This document shows, one piece after another, positions 53,973 through 64,000 of a stretch of DNA of 64,000 nt. The notes under the pieces were generated by a model. That model searched no databases. It was given only the letters and a program-made list of their open reading frames with translations, and was not told where the DNA came from. The first letter of the stretch is position 1. The number at the start of each line of letters is the position of its first letter. Both the position numbers and the translations under genes were made by a program. Source of the DNA: Octopus sinensis (taxonomy: Eukaryota); the NCBI RefSeq assembly GCF_006345805.1, contig NC_043020.1:23374001-23438000 (forward strand), given 5' to 3'.

Positions 53973-55061
53973 GTAATTCCATAAGTAATAACAGGTAACC
54001 GTGGAGCAAAGCATAAAAGTTACACATTTTCTAAAACCTCCTTAAAACACTTGCAAAATATCAATAAAATAAATTCGTTCCAAAGAAGTATACATATATC
54101 ACAAATTGATTTTCGGTTCGGAAATATACTGACCAGGTAAGTGGTTAAAGGTGAGGCAGCATGTTGAAACTAAAGCGATTGCCGTGTGCGAGACGTATCA
54201 GTCATTCATAAACACGCTAAGAGAGCTTAATTTATTGTTTAATGCCAACATTTTTGTCGTACCAAATAATAAATATTAAAATGGAGTCAACAGACTTCGT
54301 GTGGTTTTGAATGACCACGTAGTTGTTTATGCAATAAAAGTTTTGGCTGGAAATAATAAATATCTAAATGAAGTTAACAGTCTGTGTGTATTTTTGAACG
54401 TCTGTTGTGTCTCCCACTTCACAATCCTTGGTTTTCCTGGTTTTTCTTCATAAAGCAACACAATCTTTTGGACGAACGTCATAATGACTTGTAAAATATG
54501 AAATCCAAGGCCAGTGCCCGGTATTACTATTGGAATATAATAAATCGAAAGGTAGAAATTGTGTTTGACTTGTAATAGTGAACGTATAAATTCCAGAAGC
54601 TTATAAAACGTTCGGAAAGATATAAAACGATTCGAAGAACGTTCGCAAAGATATAAAGCGATATGAAGCACGATATATATAAGATAGGCTAGCCATTAGA
54701 AATTATATGGTTTTGCAGAAGTTCGGTGGTTCTAACGATAATCATATCATTCCTTACAGTGTGTGATCATCGGAATCAGCAGGAAAATGGTTCTGCTATC
54801 CGCATAATATTCTGATAATAATAAGATTAAAGGTATAAATTAATTGCTTCGTAAATCTATGAAGGGTGTATCCATTACACCGACGGGAAATACCCAAACC
54901 GTTGTCACGGTATAGGCCAATATCATGAAATGCGTAGCTATATCTCAATGTGATTCATATAAATAAGCCCACAAGATCATGAACGTCAGTACTAACATAT
55001 TTATTTTTTATTTTATTTTATCTAGTTTCAGATCACGAGCTGTGGCCATGCTGGGGCACCG

Positions 55062-55525
55062 CCATTTGGTGTTGCTACATGATTTTACTTCACGAATGCT
55101 TTTTAGCAATTGCCATTTGGTGCATGAGAGAGTTCGATGCAGCCGCCCTCATCTGAACCTCCTGCCGTGAAGTTGGTTCATCTGGGTCACCTGACAGGAA
55201 GCGATCCAGTTTTATTTTAAAGACATCTGTATCCACTTCATGCAGATCTCTCAGGTTCTTCAGGAGGATATTGAAGAGCTGTGGAACTCTGAAGCCCAGG
55301 CTATCGCAGTATCTTGTCCTACATCTTGATGGCAAATTTGGAATCCTTGGTACTATGCAGTTGTGCCCAGTTCTGTCATTTGTGTAACTCTCGATGCCAA
55401 AGTTTGGGACAAGTCCTTCTAGGATCTTCCAGATGTATATTATGGCATATCTTTCTCGCCTACGCTCCAAGGAATAGAGTTTTAATCTCTTGAGTCTTTC
55501 CCAGTAGCTTATATGACCCCATAAA
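55062..55525 (-). mobile_element. CR1-clade LINE 3' end, antisense in IYD intron 4
   Basis: ISYWERLKRLKLYSLERRRERYAIIYIWKILEGLVPN...LFNILLKNLRDL...FKIKLDRFL...PDEP (ORF 55090-55545). Confidence 0.9.
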
Positions 55526-55769
55526 TACATCAAATAGTTCGTCACTATGCGACGTTTTTACCCATCGAAAACCTGCATGAGAAAACCGGACTCTTCAACC
55601 GCGCAGTCATACAAGCAACGCTTGCTTATATGTCGGCATCTATTTCCCCAGTAAATCACTTTGACTTTTCCACTTTACCTCATTTGCGCTGCTTCTTTAA
55701 AATATTTCGCTTCTCGAATTCGGTTGTGTAAAAGTTATGACGTTTTTTTAATTTCATTATGATTTTCAG

Positions 55770-55955
55770 AACGCTGGTCTTGTTACAGTAACCACAACGC
55801 CACTAAATTCTGGTCCTGCACTTCGACAGATGCTTCAGCGTCCAATAAACGAGAAAGTACTCATATTGCTACCCATAGGATACGCAGCTAAAGATGCAGC
55901 AGTGCCCGATCTAAAGCGTTACCCAATTGAAGATATCATGAAATTGTATGACTAA
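55770..55955 (+). CDS. IYD: Iodotyrosine deiodinase exon 5 (terminal, stop TAA 55953-55955)
   Basis: Acceptor gattttcag|; [61 protein letters not shown] matches the IYD C-terminus including the TTTP motif. Absent from the ORF track. Confidence 0.97.
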   Translation, partial: NAGLVTVTTTPLNSGPALRQMLQRPINEKVLILLPIGYAAKDAAVPDLKRYPIEDIMKLYD

Positions 55956-56141
55956 AGTAAATCATGCCAGATGGTTTGGGTGACCGAGGAGAAAGCTTCT
56001 TCATAATCATTTCAGCACTTCATTATTTTTTTTAATAGTAATGATGATGTATGAAGAGAAAACATTTGTATTACACTATCACTGCTGTTTCTGAATGAGG
56101 CTCCAATGTTAATAACAGGATACTCATCCCTATAAATTATC

Positions 56142-56224
<83 letters not shown>

Positions 56225-56274
56225 TATATATATACATATATATACATATATATATATGTATGTATGTGTATGTG

Positions 56275-56306
<32 letters not shown>

Positions 56307-56315
56307 ATATATATA

Positions 56316-56640
56316 ATATTAATTAGAGACAAAACCACTATTATGCAAATCAAACAAAGAAAGACTTAATCCAATACATAAAAAATTTAATATAAATTAA
56401 ATAAATTAAGTTATCCACTACAATTGTTTCTTGTCACTTCTAAGGAAACAATTGTAGTGGATAACTTAATTTTATTTAATTTATATAAAATTTTTTATGT
56501 ATTGGATTAAGTCTTTCTTTGTTTGATTTGCATAATAGTGGTTTTGTCTCTAATTAATATATAATATTTTACTATAAAATTGGATTCAATCCTAAATCTG
56601 ATTTTTCCCTGTAAATTTGGATTTATTCCCTAATATTTAT
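56316..56640. repeat. Near-perfect fold-back (arms 56316-56430 and 56445-56560) of the pLTR family seen at 45725/49762
   Basis: Two differences in about 115 bp; both arms start at the HHR 3' half GAAAC-AATT-GTA-GTGG. Confidence 0.92.
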
Positions 56641-56671
<31 letters not shown>

Positions 56672-56690
56672 GTATATATATATGTATGTG

Positions 56691-56737
<47 letters not shown>

Positions 56738-56740
<3 letters not shown>

Positions 56741-57193
56741 CGCAGGAGTGGCTGTGTGATAAGTAGCTTGTTTACCTACCAGATGGTTCCGGGTTCAGTC
56801 CCACTGCGTGGCACCTTGGGCAAGTGTCTTCTACTATAGCCTCAGGCCGACCAAAGCCTTGTGAGTGGATTTTGTAGACGGAAACTGAAAGAAGCCTGTC
56901 GTATATATGTATATATATATATATGCGTGTGTGTTTTTGTGTGTCTGTATTTGTCCCCCTAGCATTGCTTGACAACCGATGCTGGTGTGTTTACTTAGCG
57001 GTTCGGCAAAAGAGACCGATAGAATAAGTACTGGGCTTACAAAAGAATAAGTTGCTTACCAACTATATGGTTCTCATTTCGGTTCCACTGCGTGGCACCT
57101 TGCGCAAGTGACTACTACTATAGCCTTCGGCTGACAAAAGCCTTCTGAGTGGATTTGGTAGACGGAAACTGAAAGAAGCCCGTCGTATATATG

Positions 57194-57227
<34 letters not shown>

Positions 57228-57672
57228 ATATATTATATATATATATATATATATATGCGTGTGTGTGTTGTATATATACGTATATATGTTTGTGTGTCTC
57301 TGTTTGTATCTCGAACATCCATTGACAACCAATGCTAAGTGTGTTTAGTCGAGCAAATCCACCCCCAGAGCTTATTCTGTGTAAGCCTAGTACTTATTCT
57401 ATCGATTCCTTTTGCCGAACCACTAAGTTACGGGGACGTAAACACACCAGCATCGGTTGTCCAGTGATATTGGTAATGGGGGGGCAAACACGGACACACA
57501 AACATATACACATATATGTTTCCAGTTTCCGCCTACCAAATCCACTCACAAGGCTTTGGTCGACCCGAGGCTATAGTAGAAGAGACTTGCCCAACGTGCC
57601 ACACAGTAGGACTGAACCCATGACCGTGTGGTTAGTAAGCAAGCTACTTACCACGCAGCCACTCCTGCGCCT
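56738..57672. mobile_element. Cluster of SINE family A copies (56738-57060 +, 57060-57200 +, 57340-57672 -)
   Basis: Family A motifs. Confidence 0.88.
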
Positions 57673-58023
57673 GACTTTATTTTTCTAATTTATGTTGTAC
57701 TAATATTAAATATTTGTTCGTGCAAAACAGAATTACACAGAATATGGGATTTGACTATACAAGTGTAAAAAAATATACATTTTCAAAGGAATATGAACTC
57801 TTTTTTTATTTTCAGTGACGACCGCACCCTCCCCCCTTTCACATCTTGCTTCCTAAAATTTATATCTTGAAAGGTCACCTAGACCCTCTGAGAAAATGTG
57901 TTTATTTACAAATATGTTGATAGGTATAAATTGAGAATGAAAAGAAGAAAAAAGAAAAATGCTTTGTAATGAAATTTCATTCAGTTGACCACATCAAATT
58001 GAAAAGAAACGCCTTTCTCGCTC

Positions 58024-58056
<33 letters not shown>

Positions 58057-58286
58057 TTCTGTATCTTTCTATCTTTTTCCCATCCTTTTTTTACTTTTTA
58101 CCTCTTTCTTGATTGTCCTGAAACTTCTCTCCCAGTCTATTTTTCCCTCCCATTCTTTGCCTTTCTTTCTCTTTTACCCCCTTTTTCCAAAACAACACAA
58201 ATATCTTTCTCCTCTTCTAAACAAAGCAAAAAACCCTCCGATTCATGTAAATGAGCAAGAAAATGTTCTGTTTTTTATTATTTTGA

Positions 58287-58331
58287 TTTTCTGTTGACGA
58301 GTTCGACAAACGAACGAAAGCGCTAATAAAG
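58287..58331 (+). ncRNA. Degenerate hammerhead-like motif
   Basis: TTGACGA-GTTCG acaaa CGAAC-GAAA-GCGC-TA; perfect stem II and palindrome AGCGCT, but C3 is lost and stem I is poor. Confidence 0.45.
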
Positions 58332-58507
58332 AATTAACCAAAATTTTGACTGCTTGCTTTTTTCAAAACACACATATATATATATGAATTAAATTAGAGA
58401 TAAAATCACTATTCGGCAAATCACACGGTGAAAAACATAAACCAAAACATAAAAATAAAAATAATTAATATAATATACAAAACATATAAAATATAAAATT
58501 TAAAAGT

Positions 58508-58862
58508 AATATTCATAGCCATTTCAACAAGGCTGTCCGTTCGTACTGAGTCTATTGCGATTTTTTAAACTGAAGAGCACATCACCAGTAGCTGGTTAAC
58601 CATGCAGAGATGCATCCGATGAACTGCGAGCTGGGAAGCGAACACCTCTCAGCTTCTAATGACCGAATCAGCAACGAGACAGCCGTGCTTCTTGCTGGTC
58701 CCGTCGCTAGAAGGTGGTAGGGGTTCGCTTCACTGCTCGCAAGTTATTGGCATTGGGTGCATCTCTGCATCGTTAACCAGCTACAGATGTCATCTTCAGG
58801 TTAAAATTTCGCATTAAAATCCGTTCGGACAGACACCCATGTGGAAGTGGCTACGAATATTA
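58508..58862. repeat. Long imperfect hairpin (~350 bp)
   Basis: aatattcatagccatttc...ctgaagagcacatc...gcagagatgc pairs with gcatctctgc...gatgtcatcttcag...gtggctacgaatatt. Confidence 0.75.
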
Positions 58863-59489
58863 CTTGTTAGTACAACTACTGCGTTGATCTCTTAGAGAGA
58901 TTTTTGAAATACTATTTTTGCTTGTGTGTGTGAGTGTGTGTGTGTGTATGTGTGTGTGTGTTTGTGTGTGTGTGTGTTTGTGTGTGAGTGTGTGTGTGTG
59001 TGTGTGTGTGTCTGTCTGTATGTGTGTCTGTCTGTCTCTGTGTGTGAATTTATACACAAAGGGAAAGGACCAGTAAATGGTCTTCCTACATGCTGAAATG
59101 AGATGTTAAATACCCACACCACGAAAAAACATTCTTATTTACGCACGTTGAGTGTAGGCGGGCAGGACAATTTGAGTGAATCAAAAATAATAATGATTTT
59201 TATACTCCGATATTTAACATTTATGATTAAAAAATTAAATAAAGAAAGAACAAAATAAAGAAATAAATAAAGAAATTAAGCAATGAATCATTTACCTGCG
59301 AATCTTCAGTAGAAGATTTGTGACTGCAAGGGACACATTCTTTAAAATATCGAATACATACGGTATGGCTTGAGTACCCTTTTGTATATATGTACATATC
59401 TAATATTGTATGCATATATTTTATTACTTTGCCTGTACGGCTAATAATTCGCTTACCACTTGTGATGGCATTAAATAATACCATCCCTC

Positions 59490-59594
<105 letters not shown>

Positions 59595-60594
59595 CTCTTT
59601 TAGTCATTTACTTGTTTCAGTCATTTGACTGCGGCTATGCTGGAGCACCGCCTTTTATTTATATATATATATATAAATTAAATTAGCGATAAAACCACTA
59701 TTAGGCAAATCAAACAATGAAAAAGATAAACCAAAACATAAAAATAAAAATAATTAATATAATATACAAAATATATAAAATATAAAATTAAAAAATTCAA
59801 CTTATTTAAATTTAAAATTAAAATTATTAATTCATATTTATAATTATACTTATAAATTTTTCTTTAGCATATATAAATATAGTAATCAGCAAAAACGCAA
59901 AGAACAAGGATTATTCACCGTTTACAGTTGTATTAGGTGTGAACGTCCTATCACGTTTGACAGGTGTTATATACACCTGAGTGATCTACATTTTTCCGTG
60001 TGAGCGTATATTTTCTTTTAAGGAAGCATGACGTCATTGTAAAAGAAATTTTGTGGGTTGTTAGTTCTAGTGAAAATGTTTAACCGTTAGCTGGAACGAA
60101 AGTATTGTTGTTACAATGTAATGCAAAATCAAGAAACAAGATGTCGGTGTAGCAATGAAATAGAAATCAATTTTATTCAAATAACTTGTCAACAAAAGGC
60201 AATGTTCTTCAATGTAACTGTTACTGGGAGCCATGCTGTGCAATTTAACTGTGTTATTTGTGTACCTGAATATGGCCTTTTGTTGCCGAAATACTGAATA
60301 AGAATACATATTTTAGTCTTTCAGGAACCTACAGTTTGTTGCGAGTTTTACTGCGTAGCAACGTAACTTGTAAAGATATGGGAGTGAGAGAGAGAGATAG
60401 GGGAGATGGAGTGAGAAAGTATGAGAATTAGCGAACGACGGAGGTGAACACACGTTCAAAGAAAATATTTCATACACTCTCACCTTTATATAGAGTTTGA
60501 AAATATATGTGTTTTTCTTTTGTGTATGCATGTACGTATGTGTGTGTGTGTGAGACTGGGAGAGAGAGGGAGAGGGAGTTTGCATGTATGTATG

Positions 60595-60649
60595 TATGTA
60601 TGGATGGATGGATGGATGAATGGATGGATAGATTGATAGATAGATAGAT

Positions 60650-60689
<40 letters not shown>

Positions 60690-60705
60690 AGAGATAGATA
60701 GATAT
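60595..60705. repeat. (GGAT)/(GATA)n microsatellite
   Basis: Direct inspection. Confidence 0.95.
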
Positions 60706-60921
60706 GTGTCTTCATGCGCAAAAATGACATTTATGTATATGGAGACAAACATGTATGTGCGAACATAACTCCCTACACATTAAGGCTTACATGTGGGTGT
60801 GTATATATATACACCTGTACGTATATGCAAACACTACGGTCTATACACACACATACACATGCATATATGTTTGCATTTATGTATGGATGTACAAATAAAG
60901 AAAGCGTAACAATGAGCATAA

Positions 60922-60960
<39 letters not shown>

Positions 60961-61059
60961 TTCTAAGGTGCAATGAATAACTACTTTGGTTCTTTTTTGT
61001 TTCCATGACCACTATGCTCTATGTTTTCTGTAACAGTTCCACTTCCTGATGCTAAAATC

Positions 61060-61420
61060 TTCTTTATTCCAATCAACTCGTCCAGCTTTAATTCCGAATC
61101 ATCCTTCTCACATTCCTCTGTTTCTTTTCCCTTCAATCTCTCCGCTCATCGCTAAATTCTCCAGACCCTCTTTCCTCCTCACATGACCGAGAAATCTAAG
61201 TTCCTTGGCCTTTATCCCACAATGCGGTTTCCTATTTACCGGAGTCCGTGTCATCGCTTCTTCATTAGATACTTTGTCTATCCATGCTATCCTCAATATT
61301 CTCCTAAAGGAGCACATTTAGCAGCTTTCCAAGCACATTCTTATTTCTGATGTTATAGACCATGCTGCACTTTAATAAATGAACCCAAGGTAGACATAGC
61401 AGTTCTTTATATGGATCTTG
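61060..61420 (-). mobile_element. RTE-clade LINE 3' fragment
   Basis: MCSFRRILRIAWIDKVSNEEA...LRFLGHVRRKEGLENLAMSGEIEGKRNRG is a typical RTE C-terminus. Confidence 0.85.
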
Positions 61421-61806
61421 GTTTTGATGCTCAGACAAGTTTCACAAGATGTTATGCATGTTTGAGAATACAGTTTCATATTTGTAAAAGTTTCATGTTG
61501 TTAGAGGTGAATGAACATTCAATTATGTAATGTCTTTATGAGAATGTCTGTATATTCTAAAAACAATTTCTAGCTTTTGTAAAATCTGACGTGTCATTCG
61601 CTTGAATTTTATCTCAAAAGAATTTAAAAAACAGTTAAGTTCGTGTTTAAATATTAATGCAATGAGCGTGGATAAGTTAGATATAATTATGTGAGGGAAA
61701 CGACAACTAGATATGCATATATCTACTTTATCCATATATTTACTCTAGACGACATTTATGTGTGAACACATCTAATACACTTTTGAGATAAAGCGATGCA
61801 TAGTTA

Positions 61807-63094
61807 CGAGGGACGTTCAATAAGTAATGCCTCTGACCCACTTGCAGTTGTTTGATCTAGCTGAAATTTTGCATGTGCAATCATTTATATCTCTATAGAT
61901 TAAGTGGCAAATTACAGCTCTGAATTAATTGTGGTTTCTGATTTACAGGTGTTTGAACCGAGTCAAGTGTGAAATGGAGCCTGTTGAGTGTCGAGCGGTG
62001 ATCCGGTTTTTGTATTTGAAAGGACGCACACCACGGGAGACTTTTGATGAAATGAAAGTAACTTATGGTGATGATGCCCCATCATATGACCTTGTAGAAC
62101 GCTGGCATCGTGAATTCAAACATGGTCGGAACTCTGTGGAAACAGCTCCCAGATCTGGTCGCCCCCTTCTGCCATTGATGAGGCATCTGTCCGTCAAGTT
62201 GAGGCTGCCATTCTGGAAGATCGACGCATAATTATTCGCCAAATAGCCCATGAGGTCAAGATTAGTACCGGGTCTGTGGAAACTATCATTCATGACCATT
62301 TGCATATGCAAAAGGTGTCTGCCAGATGGATTCCCAGGTTGCTCACGCCTTTCCAGAAGCAAGAACGCGTCGAGTGCTCGAGGGTGAATTTGGAGATGTG
62401 CCAAGAAGATGAGTCAAAATTTTTCAAAAGACTGATTACACAGGATGAAACCTGGGTCCATCACGATGATCCAGAGACCAAAGCCCAGTCAATGCAGTGG
62501 AATCACCGTGACTCACCCCCTCCAAAGAAGCAAGGGTGCAGCCCTCCGCTGGCAAGGTCATGCTCACAGTCTTCTGGGACCAGGACGGAGTAGTGATGAC
62601 AGATTTCCTGGCAAAGGGTACCACAATTGCAGGAGCCTATTATGCTTCACTTTTGAGGAAATTAAGAGAAGTTATAAAAATCAAGAGGCGGGGCAAGATC
62701 AGCAAAGGCATCCTCCTCCTGCAGGACAACGCTCCGGTCCACAACTCGCTTGTCGCCAGATCAGAAACACAGGCGTGCGGCTATGAACTCCTCCCCATCC
62801 CCTACTTTCCTGACCTTGCACCCTCTGATTTTCACCTCTTCCCAATCATGAAGTTGTTTTTGAAAGGAAAGCGTTTCTCAGATGATGCAGCCTTGATTTC
62901 CGAAGTCACGTTGAGGTTAGAGGACCAAGCTGGGTTCTTCTATAAAAACGGTCTCCAGAGCCGCATCAAACGATGGGAGAAATGCGTAACTCTGAGTGGT
63001 TCCTATGTAGAAAAAGACTAATAACTGTGCCACGTTTTGTTGCTCTACTGCTATGGGAAGTGGGTCAGGGGCATTACTTATTGAACGCCCCTCG
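61807..63094 (+). mobile_element. Full-length mariner transposon (1288 bp), TA target duplication, 37-bp TIRs
   Basis: TIRs 61807-61843 and 63058-63094 differ at 2 positions; TA at 61805-61806 and 63095-63096. Confidence 0.95.
61974..63021 (+). pseudogene. Mariner transposase pseudogene (two frameshifts)
   Basis: MEPVECRAVIRFLYLKG..., SARWIPR, ITQDETW, QDNAPVH and PDLAPSDFHLF lie in three frames; shifts near 62165 and 62530. Confidence 0.92.
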
Positions 63095-63644
63095 TATGTC
63101 GTGTGTAATATATTGAAATAAAGGAAAAGGTTTTAATTAATCAAAATAATGCTTGCAATAAAAAGAAAATTCATTAGTGTTGATAACAACTTCTTTACTA
63201 AATGGAGGAAACTCCAAAATTCAGTGTGACTAGGACATGTGTTGGACTCCTAAGTGACAAGGGCTTCTCGTTGTTAGACATATTACCTATATGACCTCTT
63301 TAGAGGAGTATCTTCTTCCAGTAACCTATCAGATGTTAGAATGATTAAGACAATGTGAGAGTTATTCCAAAACAATGCACAACTTTTCTTTTTGACTGGC
63401 ATAGATTGTTGAAATTGTATTTGCTAATAAAACGGTTCAAATTTACGAAGATACTGTTCAACATCCTCTCCGTTACAAGTGACACATTTACGTCATCGTA
63501 GATCCTAGTTCTCGAATCATTTAGGAAACATTTTAGGTGAGCACTGTTGTAACCACTTTTACATTACCATTTCTATTCCTCCTCTGTCATTAAAAAATGG
63601 TTGTCGCCCATGACGGACCTTTATAGAATCGAAGGCGATTAAAA

Positions 63645-64000
63645 GGCGGCTAGTTGGCAGAATCGTTAGCACGCTGGACAGAATGCTTAGCGTATTTCGT
63701 CTGCCGCTACGTTCTGAGTTCAAATTCCGTCGAGGTCGACTTTGCCTTTCATCCTTTCGGGGTCGATTAAATAAGTACCAGTTACGCACTAGGGTCGGTA
63801 TAATCGACTTAATCCGTTTGTCTGTCCTTGTTCGTCCCTTCTGTGTTTAGCCCCTTCTGGGTAGTAAAGAAATAGGTATTTCGTCTGCCGTTACGTTCTG
63901 AGTGCAAATTTTGCCAAGGTCAACTTTACTTTTCATACTTTCGGGGTCGATAAATTAAGTACCAGTTACGCACCGGGGTTGATGTAATCGACTTAATCCG
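63645..64000 (+). mobile_element. tRNA-derived SINE with Meta-type domain plus a tandem partial duplicate, running off the window
   Basis: ggcggctagttggcagaatcgttagcacg...gcctttcatcctttcggggtcgat; gtatttcgtctgccgttacgttctgag repeats at about 63875. Confidence 0.88.

Overview
AT-rich, microsatellite-dense eukaryotic DNA. The SINE families and repeat landscape look like an octopus/cephalopod genome (inference). I can support one host gene: a 5-exon iodotyrosine deiodinase (IYD; nitroreductase-fold FMN enzyme) on the + strand. Exons are 17558-17741, 35571-35813, 52595-52818, 53877-53972 and 55770-55955 (933 nt, 310 aa), all with GT-AG introns and matching phases. The rest is repeats: at least four tRNA-derived SINE families, CR1 and RTE LINE 3' ends, a full-length but frameshifted mariner, Tc1/pogo/piggyBac MITEs, Chapaev-like and Helitron remnants, a solo LTR and many Penelope-like element (PLE) fragments. 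The most striking unannotated layer is a dense set of hammerhead ribozyme (HHR) motifs found by eye. There are 8 with intact core strings, 5 with core substitutions, truncated halves at two fold-backs, and two repeat families with HHR-like topology but a non-canonical core. Their stem III sequences are family-specific palindromes (dimer-type HHRs), two loci show compensatory stem changes, one locus is a 505-nt tandem retrozyme-like unit, and fold-back junctions repeatedly fall in or next to the ribozyme. All folds were assigned manually; nothing was computed or searched, and repeat boundaries are approximate.
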